In this document: positions 1 to 7,973 of the stretch, one piece after another
How positions within the stretch are numbered: the first letter of the stretch is position 1
Layout: each line of letters opens with the position of its first letter
Assembly: GCA_963746775.1 (NCBI GenBank)
Contig: CAVVCK010000002.1
Coordinates: forward strand, 431,656-495,655
DNA length: 64,000 nucleotides
Reading direction: 5' to 3'
From: an uncultured bacterium
GTDB taxonomy: Bacteria > Patescibacteriota > JABMPQ01 > CAVVCK01
Made by a program: the position numbers and the translations under genes
The notes under the pieces: model-generated
Database searches by the model: none
What the model was told of the DNA's origin: nothing
What the model saw: the letters and a program-made list of their open reading frames with translations, nothing else

Positions 1-399
1 TAATTTATCTTGGCTAAATCCAGGAGCTATCAAAAACATCAAATGATCCATAAATATAAAAATCAAACTAGAAATTACCACTGTAACTAAAAGTAAAATA
101 TTTAATAATGAATTAGCAATTTCCCAAGCTTCATTTTTTTTATCTTTAGATAAATACTTAACAAAAACTGGCACAAAGGCAGATGATAGGGCACCTAATA
201 TTAATAGATTAAAGATAAAATCAGGTATACGAAAAGCAGCATAATAAGCATCTAACATATCTCCAGCTCCAAATTTGGCAGCAAAAAGACGATCTCTTAT
301 TAAGCCTAAAAATCTACTCAATAAAGAGGAAATGCCTAAAATAAAAGCGCCACGAGAAATAGCGGATTTTGATGAAAAATTTTTAAAAAATTTAAACAT
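1..399 (-). CDS. murJ: Lipid II flippase MurJ/MviN, N-terminal part (gene runs off the left edge)
   Basis: Own translation of the minus strand from ATG at 399..397 gives MFKFFKNFSSKSAISRGAFILGISSLLSRFLGLIRDRLFAAKFGAGDMLDAYYAAFRIPDFIFNLLILGALSSAFVPVF..., the classical MurJ N-terminus. It is absent from the ORF track because it is truncated. Confidence 0.85.
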   Translation of the reverse strand, partial: MFKFFKNFSSKSAISRGAFILGISSLLSRFLGLIRDRLFAAKFGAGDMLDAYYAAFRIPDFIFNLLILGALSSAFVPVFVKYLSKDKKNEAWEIANSLLNILLLVTVVISSLIFIFMDHLMFLIAPGFSQDKL

Positions 400-417
400 A
401 AATAAAATTATACCTTA

Positions 418-2769
418 TTACTCTTTCTTACCTAACACAAACCCATAAACTTTATCACTGTTTATTTTATCTTCAACCCTAAATGTATTTTGATCTACTT
501 TTAAATTATCTGGATATTGCCAAATTGACTCATAGTCTGAAGGAAATTCTATTTGAGCCTTAAAATTAACCATATTAGGAGTTCCTGGTTGTTTTTGGAC
601 TAATAAACTATGTTTTTCAGCTAATTTACTTCCTAATGATATTTTAAAAGGCAGCTTATATTTTAACACTATTTCTTTTTCTTCTCCTACCTCTAACCCA
701 GAAAAGTTCCCAAAAACTGTCTTACCACTTTCTTCCGTTATACGAGTCTGAGATGGCTCATGAATCACTGTACTATCCTCAATCTCTTTTATTAAAGAGT
801 CGTCCTTTGCATTTCCATCTGCAGGCATTAAAACATTATAAAATTGATTATCAAAGCCAGAAGCATCTATTAAAATACTTCCTTTGGGTACATAGAGCCT
901 GAGATAAGAAACATTCTTAGTTCTAGTCCAAAAATCATTTTTATCACCATTGTGTTTTCTTTTTATTTTAACAGTATTTATGATTGACCCATCTGACTGT
1001 ATCTCGGAATTATAATCTATTCCTTGATCTATCACCTGATCTGTTTTACCTCCTCCAATATTACTTGCTACTAAAGATAAATAGTCTCCTTCTGTCTCCT
1101 TAACTTCCCCTCCCCAACCAAAATCTTTAATTAAATTTTCTAACTCTTCATCGGAAAAGTAAATTAAAATATCTTTCTTATAAAAACTATTTATAAATGC
1201 ATCCAGAACTTCTGGCCACTTATCTTTGTCGACATTAGATATTTTTTCAAAAAATTTTGGAAATAAATCAGCAATAAATTTTTTAGGTTTATTTAATTGC
1301 TTATCGTAATCTATCTCGACTTCTTTTTGAGCTTCGTTGAAAAAATTTTCGGAGGTAACTGTAACATTATAATCAGGCATTTCAATCGGTCCAGTTACTT
1401 TTAATAAATCTTCAAAAACAGAAGCTGTGAAAGTAACTACACCATCAACAGTTGGTCCACCTGCTTTCTCTTGCATTATATTAACTTTTTCAGCTGATGT
1501 TGGAAAATCTAGAAACCAATTAGCATCACGCATATATAACCTGGTTTGTATTAAGCGCATAGCTTCAGGAGCTTTTACATTATCTGTCAGCTGGCCATCA
1601 ATATTATAGGGTCCCTCTATTTTTAAATTGTTAATTTTACCCTCATCCATATCAAAAATACCATAAGTACCAATAAATCCTCCTGTAGCTCTTAACTCAC
1701 GATTGTTTTGAAAAAGTAATAAATATTTACGAGGCTGATTATGACCCAATAACTTTAATATTAAATCTACGTGAGCTGAAAAATATTCTAAGCCTTTTTC
1801 TAATTTAGGAATGCTTGATTTAAGTATTATCACTTGTGATTTATACTCTTCGGGAAAATCTTCTGCTTTTACATCTTCTAAATCAAGATTTGCTTGTTTA
1901 ATATTTTTTTGAGCTAATAAAATGTTTTCATAAGAAGAAGCCAGAGCAGTAGTAAATGATATTTTATTGTAAGAGGGTACTTTTTCGTTATTTTCTCCCT
2001 TAAATTCTGAAAATATATCTTCGGTTTTTGAAAAAGGTTCAAAAGCCTGAGTTAAACATTTAGAAGCATAGGAAACATTGGCACCAGCCTCTAATAATTT
2101 TTCTCCAGAATAAATACTTGATCCGCCAGGTACTTCTCTTAATAAACGAGCTATTATCTCACCTGTTCTGCCTAATTCTGATCCAGCCGCTTCAAAACGC
2201 TCAGCCGCTACATTAAACTTATAAGAAGCGAGATTATAGTCTTTTTCCATTATCGATCCTTCACCTGACATTAAATATTGATAAGCCACATTTGTATCAT
2301 CTAATATTTTGCCTTTTGTCTTAGATAAATTATTATCAACAAAAGCAAACCCTTTAATTGAAGATGTAAAAAATAAAGCAATTATTATAAAGGCAGTAAA
2401 TGATTTTTTTAAAAACAATAGCTTTTTAAATGAAATAAGCCCATTAGTCACTTGGTTAAAATTAAAATTTTTAACCACTGATTTTATAGTATTTAGCAAA
2501 TATTTCAATACTTTATCGTTCTTTCCCTTAAAACTTAAAATACTACTATTTTCTAAGTTTTGATTGGTCGCTCTTTCTGTCCCCTGTAACCTTAAATTAG
2601 ACTGAGTCGATTCATTAAATATTTTGTTTTGCTTATTTATATCAATGCTTCTTTTCTTATATACTTTATTTTTTTGGTCACCAAAATATTCCTGTTTTCT
2701 TTTTATCACTAAAACAGGTTTGATATCTGAGTAAAACCTTTTTTTATTTTTATTTGATTTTTCCTCCAT
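418..2769 (-). CDS. DUF4012-type membrane-anchored extracytoplasmic protein (783 aa)
   Basis: One N-proximal TM segment (FTAFIIIALFFTSSIKGFAF) precedes a large domain containing LLLFQNNRELRATGGFIGTYGIFDMDEGKI, which I recognise as the DUF4012 signature. The gene is co-directional with the glycosyltransferases. Confidence 0.75.
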   Translation of the reverse strand: MEEKSNKNKKRFYSDIKPVLVIKRKQEYFGDQKNKVYKKRSIDINKQNKIFNESTQSNLRLQGTERATNQNLENSSILSFKGKNDKVLKYLLNTIKSVVKNFNFNQVTNGLISFKKLLFLKKSFTAFIIIALFFTSSIKGFAFVDNNLSKTKGKILDDTNVAYQYLMSGEGSIMEKDYNLASYKFNVAAERFEAAGSELGRTGEIIARLLREVPGGSSIYSGEKLLEAGANVSYASKCLTQAFEPFSKTEDIFSEFKGENNEKVPSYNKISFTTALASSYENILLAQKNIKQANLDLEDVKAEDFPEEYKSQVIILKSSIPKLEKGLEYFSAHVDLILKLLGHNQPRKYLLLFQNNRELRATGGFIGTYGIFDMDEGKINNLKIEGPYNIDGQLTDNVKAPEAMRLIQTRLYMRDANWFLDFPTSAEKVNIMQEKAGGPTVDGVVTFTASVFEDLLKVTGPIEMPDYNVTVTSENFFNEAQKEVEIDYDKQLNKPKKFIADLFPKFFEKISNVDKDKWPEVLDAFINSFYKKDILIYFSDEELENLIKDFGWGGEVKETEGDYLSLVASNIGGGKTDQVIDQGIDYNSEIQSDGSIINTVKIKRKHNGDKNDFWTRTKNVSYLRLYVPKGSILIDASGFDNQFYNVLMPADGNAKDDSLIKEIEDSTVIHEPSQTRITEESGKTVFGNFSGLEVGEEKEIVLKYKLPFKISLGSKLAEKHSLLVQKQPGTPNMVNFKAQIEFPSDYESIWQYPDNLKVDQNTFRVEDKINSDKVYGFVLGKKE

Positions 2770-2800
2770 TGTTTTTGTTTTGCTTTTAAAATTATATCAC

Positions 2801-2840
2801 AAATACGTAGGGGTTCAAAATTTTGAACCCCTACGTATTT
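2801..2840. terminator. Perfect 40-nt palindrome (AAATACGTAGGGGTTCAAAA|TTTTGAACCCCTACGTATTT), probable stem-loop terminator
   Basis: Read directly. It sits between the stop of the GT4 gene (2859) and the start of the DUF4012 gene (2769). Confidence 0.55.
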
Positions 2841-2858
2841 GTAAATTATGTTTCATAT

Positions 2859-3995
2859 TTATTTTACATTTTCATAAATTTTTTGTGTCTCCTTCGCACA
2901 ATCTATCCAATTAAACTTTTTTATCTGTCTATAACCGTTATTAATCATATTATTTCTTAGTTGCTTATCTTTTAAAACTTTTTCGATATTTAAAACTATA
3001 TCTTCCCTATCTTTAGAATTAAAATATATTGCCGCCCTACCCAATATTTCAGGTAAAGAAGAAGTATTAGACGATATAACCGGTAAACCAAAACTCATTG
3101 CTTCTAGTCCTGGCAAACCAAAGCCTTCTATAAATGAAGGAAAAATATAAAGACTAGCTTTGGTATATAAATAAGCTAAATCTTTCTGGGAAGCAAAACC
3201 AAAAAATACTATTGAATTATCATGTAAAAGTCCTGTGCTATAAGCATCTTGTTTTAATCTTTTATAAAAATAATCTTCTTTCCCAATTAAAACTAGCTGG
3301 TGTGAAAAATTATTTCTTTTTTTAAATTCTTTGTAGGCCTCAATCATTCCTTCTAAGTTTTTATGAGGATAAGCATTGCCTACATACAAAATATAAGGCT
3401 TGGTTATTTTATGCTTTTCTAAAAATCCCGGCTCCGGAATGGATAACTGCCCACTCTCTACTCCGTCACAAGCCTCATAAGTAACTTCTACTTTATCTGA
3501 TCTTATTTTAAAATAACTTATCAAATCTTTTTTGGTAAATTCCGAAACCGTAATAACCTTTTTCGCTCTTCTAACAGCTGAATTAATAGCTAACTTATAG
3601 CCCAAATATTTAAATTTATACAATAATGGCCCTAAGGTAGTTGCCCTTTTAGTTGGAAATCTTAATAAAATTAAATCATGAATAGTAACTACGAAATCCC
3701 CTCGATATAATACTGGCACATTAAAATGAGGAAAATGCATCAAGTCAATCTTGTGCTCTTTTATCAATTTAGGCATTTTTAATTGTTCATCTAACGAATA
3801 CCATTTTAAATCAGCAACTATCTTTTCAAAATTTTCATTTTCAGGAATATATTCATCAAAATTTTCTTGGCGTAAAAAAATAATATACTGATTTGTTCTA
3901 TCAACTTTTTCTAAATTCTTTATTAATTTTTCTGTATAACGTCCCAGGCCTTTACCTTTAGGGCCGTAAAAGCGAGCATCTATTCCAATACGCAT
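2859..3995 (-). CDS. Glycosyltransferase, GT4 family (GT-B fold)
   Basis: 378 aa. C-terminal motif FPSFIEGFGLPGLEAMSFGLPVISS is typical of glycosyl transferase group 1. Confidence 0.85.
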   Translation of the reverse strand: MRIGIDARFYGPKGKGLGRYTEKLIKNLEKVDRTNQYIIFLRQENFDEYIPENENFEKIVADLKWYSLDEQLKMPKLIKEHKIDLMHFPHFNVPVLYRGDFVVTIHDLILLRFPTKRATTLGPLLYKFKYLGYKLAINSAVRRAKKVITVSEFTKKDLISYFKIRSDKVEVTYEACDGVESGQLSIPEPGFLEKHKITKPYILYVGNAYPHKNLEGMIEAYKEFKKRNNFSHQLVLIGKEDYFYKRLKQDAYSTGLLHDNSIVFFGFASQKDLAYLYTKASLYIFPSFIEGFGLPGLEAMSFGLPVISSNTSSLPEILGRAAIYFNSKDREDIVLNIEKVLKDKQLRNNMINNGYRQIKKFNWIDCAKETQKIYENVK

Positions 3996-4020
3996 AATAG
4001 AATAAATATAATTAGTATCA

Positions 4021-4112
4021 AAATTCCTAATTTCTAATAAAATTTTTAATATCCAATGACAAATTATTTTTGAAATTTGACATTTGGATTTTTATTAGGA
4101 ATTAGAAATTGG
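4021..4112. repeat. Family-A word hairpin (TAGAAAT/GGAAAT words), long imperfect inverted repeat
   Basis: ATTCCTAATTTCTAATAAAA...TTTTATTAGGAATTAGAAATT outer arms and ATCCAATGACAAATT...AAATTTGACATTTGGAT inner arms fill the spacer between two GT4 genes. Confidence 0.6.
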
Positions 4113-4164
4113 TAATTGGAAATTAAAACACTGTATTACATAAAACAATATTAGTATAATCCTA

Positions 4165-5304
4165 TTACTTTTTATCTTCAAGCACACTTAACACGCTCTT
4201 TGCACATTCTTCCCATCTAAACTCCTTCACTCTCCCTAATCCTTTATTAATCAACCTTTGTCGCAAATTTTTATCAACTATTCCATTATAAACACCCAAA
4301 GCCAAATCATCAATATTATAAGGATCAATCAACAAAGCTGCATCTTGACATACTTCCGGTAAAGAAGAAACAAAAGAAGTTACTACCGGCACTCCACAAG
4401 CCATCGCCTCTAGTGCCGGAAAACCAAAGCCTTCATAAAAACTAGGATAAACAAATAATTTGGTTAAATTATATAAATAAGGCTTATCTTCTTCTTCTAT
4501 AAATCCTGGAAAAATTATATCTTTTTTATATTTTGATTTTTCCCAATTTTCAAATATCTTTTTATAGCACCAAGCTTTCTCCCCCGCAATAACTAATTTA
4601 TTATTAATTTTATTCTGGTCTCTTAATTTTTCATAAGCAGATATAAGCCCTACAATATTTTTGCGCGGCTCTATTGATCCTAGTGATAAAATAAAATCTT
4701 TTGGTAAATTATATTTTTTTCTAATTTCTTCCAATTTATTGTCGTTATTACAAACCTTTAAATTCTCATTTATTCCAGAATATATTATCCTGATTTTTTC
4801 TTCCGAAATGCCATATGTTAAAACTAGGTCATCTTTAGTAGCTTCTGATACTGCAATAATGTAATCATTGTCTTTAGCTAATTTCTTGGGGTTTACCACT
4901 CTATGCCAGAGTCTTCTCTTTAATGAGTAGAAATGGGAATAATGAGAAAAGGCTAAATCATGGAAAGTAATAATGTTTTGGCAATTTTTATCTAATGAAT
5001 AAAAAGAAATATTTGGTGCAAAGAATATATCACAATCTAAGATTTTACTTATTTTGGGATAGTTAAATAAAACAAAAGACAAATTTAATAATTTATTAGG
5101 TATTTTTGTTTTTTTTATCTCTACATTAGGAAAATCAAAGGCCTTATCTATATCAAAGGAAGGACCCTTAAATGAATTAAAAAAAAGCTTATATTGATTT
5201 TCTTGATCAATTTTAAAAAGATTAGTTAGAAGATTCAGGGTATAACCCTCTACTCCTGTTCTTTTACCTTCAGATAACATGCGAATATCTATACCTATTT
5301 TCAT
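4165..5304 (-). CDS. Glycosyltransferase, GT4 family
   Basis: 379 aa. YPSFYEGFGFPALEAMACGVPVVTS motif. Confidence 0.85.
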   Translation of the reverse strand: MKIGIDIRMLSEGKRTGVEGYTLNLLTNLFKIDQENQYKLFFNSFKGPSFDIDKAFDFPNVEIKKTKIPNKLLNLSFVLFNYPKISKILDCDIFFAPNISFYSLDKNCQNIITFHDLAFSHYSHFYSLKRRLWHRVVNPKKLAKDNDYIIAVSEATKDDLVLTYGISEEKIRIIYSGINENLKVCNNDNKLEEIRKKYNLPKDFILSLGSIEPRKNIVGLISAYEKLRDQNKINNKLVIAGEKAWCYKKIFENWEKSKYKKDIIFPGFIEEEDKPYLYNLTKLFVYPSFYEGFGFPALEAMACGVPVVTSFVSSLPEVCQDAALLIDPYNIDDLALGVYNGIVDKNLRQRLINKGLGRVKEFRWEECAKSVLSVLEDKK

Positions 5305-5358
5305 TTATTTTTAGCTAATTTATCTTATTATATTAAATAAATATTTTATATTCAACAT

Positions 5359-5390
5359 AAATAGCCTAAATATGAATATTTAGGCTATTT
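5359..5390. terminator. 14-bp perfect stem-loop (AAATAGCCTAAATA tgaa TATTTAGGCTATTT)
   Basis: Read directly. It lies between the structured RNA region and the start of the GT4 gene. Its role (terminator versus spacer hairpin) is uncertain. Confidence 0.4.
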
Positions 5391-5414
5391 TAAACTATTT
5401 TTCACAAAAAAACC

Positions 5415-5443
5415 TTGACATTATTACTATTATGTGTTATCCT
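5415..5443 (+). promoter_or_regulatory. Sigma70-like promoter TTGACA-N17-TATCCT with TGn extended -10
   Basis: TTGACA at 5415-5420, TG at 5435-5436, TATCCT at 5438-5443. It points into the GC-rich structured region. Confidence 0.5.
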
Positions 5444-5449
5444 TTATTG

Positions 5450-6022
5450 TTTGTTCATTTACAAAATTTCCTTTTCTCTTTATAGCCCTAAAATTTAAGG
5501 CTTTAATGAGGAAAGGAGGTAGCATGAGTAGCTACCCGAGTGGGTTTGTCTAACAATAGGCAAAAATGCGAACCAGACCAAGATTCGACGGGGCGTCGAG
5601 GTCTGGTTGAACTTATTTTCCCCGTTAAACCTCTAACTGACAGAAGAAAGGAGGTTAACCCTGATTAAATCAGATTATGGCATGACGGCTTGCCATTTTC
5701 TGAAGAGCAAGAATAACCGTCAAACCCCCTGCATATTAAGGAGGTAAAATGCAGGTACACAAACGCTGGTTAGCAATGCTAACTAGCGCGATCTGAGAAA
5801 ACGCCACTCAGATCGTACAGAGGCGGTTCCCTGGGAGTTACCGCCGGGCGAAAAACTCCCAAACGGCCACGCTCAAGGCCACACCGAGACAGGCGATCTC
5901 GGCATTGAGCACAGGGGGCAAGCACCACATCGATCTTTTGCTTCGCCCCCACCCTTTTCAGAAAATATAATTAAATTGTATTTTGTGAAAATTAAAAAAT
6001 CACGCCTTAGGCGTGATTTTTT
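5450..6022 (+). ncRNA. Unclassified large structured RNA (about 570 nt). Strand is assigned from the promoter/terminator pair and is not certain.
   Basis: 210 of 420 nt are G+C in 5521-5940, against 18-30% in flanking lines. More than 10 directly readable helices, two pseudoknot-type pairings and three AAGGAGGU boxes. No credible ORF. See findings. Confidence 0.6.
5994..6022. terminator. Intrinsic terminator, A6-ATCACGCC-tta-GGCGTGAT-T6 (bidirectional geometry)
   Basis: GC-rich 8-bp stem flanked by an A-run and a T-run. Confidence 0.75.
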
Positions 6023-6048
6023 ATTATCTATTATTTTATTCAAAGTAC

Positions 6049-6069
6049 AGACAGGTTTCAAACCTGTCT
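6049..6069 (-). terminator. Stem-loop AGACAGG tttcaaa CCTGTCT directly after the stop of the Wzz-like gene
   Basis: Read directly. A covarying paralogue lies at 9390-9410. Confidence 0.5.
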
Positions 6070-6073
6070 TACC

Positions 6074-6688
6074 TTATTCTTCTTCCTTCAAATATTCTCT
6101 AAAAAATGCCAACCCCAAACCAATAAATATACCACCCAATAAACCAAACGCACCTACCAAATAAGGGTTATATTTTTTTAAAGTAATAATGGGTTCATCC
6201 GCTTCTACAGAAAACGAACTGTTACCTTCAGCATTTATTTCTAGAGTTTCAACTTTTTTCTTAGTCTCCTCTACTAAGGCTTTAGATAATTTACCCACCA
6301 CATCTCTATTGCTATTATTTAACCTCACGTCTATTAAATGAGAAGATAATTGCTTTGTCTTAACTTTTTTAGCTTCTTGATAAGCATCGCTCATTTTATC
6401 TTCTAAACCTGCTTCTTTGTAAACTAGGATTATAACTTCTGGAGTCTCAAGCCAACCGGTAATAGTATTGCTTAAATATTCAGCTGCCTGAATTGAATAA
6501 TAATTATCATACTGAAAATCTTCTGTTTTTTCTCTTTCAACTCTATGAATAGTCATTAAGATTGAGGCGTCAAAGCTGTCTTTTTGTAAAAACCCTAAAA
6601 TTAAAGATAAAGCTCCACATAAAACCCCTATAATTATAATAAATTTAATTTTTTCTTTTAGCACTTTAAAATAATCCTTTAAGTTCAT
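6074..6688 (-). CDS. Wzz/polysaccharide co-polymerase-like chain-length determinant (short form)
   Basis: 204 aa. N-terminal TM (FIIIIGVLCGALSLILGFL) and C-terminal TM (LVGAFGLLGGIFIGLGLAFF) flank a soluble domain, which is the PCP topology. Lies in the glycan cluster. Confidence 0.65.
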   Translation of the reverse strand: MNLKDYFKVLKEKIKFIIIIGVLCGALSLILGFLQKDSFDASILMTIHRVEREKTEDFQYDNYYSIQAAEYLSNTITGWLETPEVIILVYKEAGLEDKMSDAYQEAKKVKTKQLSSHLIDVRLNNSNRDVVGKLSKALVEETKKKVETLEINAEGNSSFSVEADEPIITLKKYNPYLVGAFGLLGGIFIGLGLAFFREYLKEEE

Positions 6689-6785
6689 AAGTTTATGTTG
6701 TTTAAATATTGTTAATTATAAATTTAGACATTGGACATTTATTCGCCATTCAGATTCCTTAATTCTTAATTTTTAACAAATTACA

Positions 6786-7904
6786 CTAACTATATGTGCT
6801 TCTAATTTTCTCTTGGTATTTACTATACTCTTCTTCCACATAATTCTTAATCTTTTCTTTAAATAATTCAATATCATATTGCTTGGCATGTTCTCTAATC
6901 GCTTCTGGATCATATTTTTCCGCATCAAATTCTCTAATCTTATCAACTAATTTCCAAGGAGTTTGTTCGTCAAAAAATTCTCCTGTTATCCCTTCTTTAA
7001 TAGTCTCCCTGGCTCCGCCTTTGCGTAAAGCTATAACCGGCCTGCCCGATGCCATAGCTTCTACGGCCGATATGCCAAAGTCTTCTTCCTGAGGATATAT
7101 CAAAGCTCGGCAAGATGATAAATATTTGCTTTTTTCCTCATCACTTAATGGTCCTAGAAATTCTATATTTTTCTTGGCTTTTTTCTTTAAATTGTCATAC
7201 TCTTCTCCCGTACCAATTATTTTTAAAGGATATTCTAAGGCGTTAAAAGCTTCGACAGCCAAATCAACACGCTTATATGGCCTAAGCCTGGATACAATTA
7301 AAAAGTAATCCCCCACACTTTTAGAAACATAAAATTTATCCGTTTCAACTGGAGGATAAATAATATCACTTTCTTTCCCATAATATTTTTTAATTCTATG
7401 AGCTACAGTTTTGGAATTAGCAATATATTTGTCTACTCTATCAGCTGCCACCCTATCCCATTGCCTTATTCTATTTAAAACTAAAGGGAGCATTCTTTTA
7501 ATAACTGCCGGCTGTTTTAGTTCTTCTGTATAGCTATGCGTATCATTCCATAAATACCTAGTTGGTGAATGGCAATAACTAATATGTAGCGTATCCGGCT
7601 GTACAATCACGCCCTTCGAATAAGCTGAGCTATCAGATAAAACCACATCATAGCCTGATAGATCTAATCTTTCGATTGCAGCTGGCATTAAACTTAAATA
7701 CCATTTATATTGGCCGGATCCTCCGGGTAATTTTTGAATAAAGGAAGTTCTAATATCCATATCTTCAAAAAGCCCCCTAGTCTCTTTCTTGTCATAAGTT
7801 AGAGTATAGACTGGGGCCTTAGGATATAGCTCGTGGAATATTTCTAAAACTTTTTCTGCTCCACCAACTTGGTTTAGAAAATCATGTACTAAGGCAACCT
7901 TCAT
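6786..7904 (-). CDS. Glycosyltransferase, GT4 family
   Basis: 372 aa. PQEEDFGISAVEAMASGRPVIA motif. Confidence 0.85.
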   Translation of the reverse strand: MKVALVHDFLNQVGGAEKVLEIFHELYPKAPVYTLTYDKKETRGLFEDMDIRTSFIQKLPGGSGQYKWYLSLMPAAIERLDLSGYDVVLSDSSAYSKGVIVQPDTLHISYCHSPTRYLWNDTHSYTEELKQPAVIKRMLPLVLNRIRQWDRVAADRVDKYIANSKTVAHRIKKYYGKESDIIYPPVETDKFYVSKSVGDYFLIVSRLRPYKRVDLAVEAFNALEYPLKIIGTGEEYDNLKKKAKKNIEFLGPLSDEEKSKYLSSCRALIYPQEEDFGISAVEAMASGRPVIALRKGGARETIKEGITGEFFDEQTPWKLVDKIREFDAEKYDPEAIREHAKQYDIELFKEKIKNYVEEEYSKYQEKIRSTYS

Positions 7905-7973
7905 AGGTTAGATATTAGTTAGTAGTTAGTGGTGATTAGTAGATTCTACTCATCACAAACTACTCACTACAAA

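Noticed and set aside
5789-5815. Riboswitch fragments: CUGAGA (TPP-like) and GCCACUC (B12-box-like) within the 9-bp hairpin.
   Set aside because: These are isolated hexamers only. None of the remaining conserved cores of TPP or cobalamin aptamers is present, and no downstream regulated gene exists on that strand.
5450-6022. tmRNA (ssrA) as the identity of the structured RNA. Prompted by GAUUCGACGGGG at 5582-5593 and, on the minus strand, a GGGGGCGAAGC... start with a GCCGAGAUCGCCUGUCUCGG segment reminiscent of tmRNA PK1.
   Set aside because: Neither strand has a T-arm (GGUUCGAnUCC) or an acceptor 3' end. No plausible resume codon and ...LAA-type tag reading frame exists. The GAUUCGACGGGG lies inside a local hairpin rather than after an acceptor strand.
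5873-6164. Track ORFs 5873..6061 (-) and 5976..6164 (+), 62 aa each.
   Set aside because: They run through the GC-rich helices and the terminator palindromes. They overlap each other and the Wzz-like gene, and their composition is implausible (for example RLRRDFL from the terminator on both strands).
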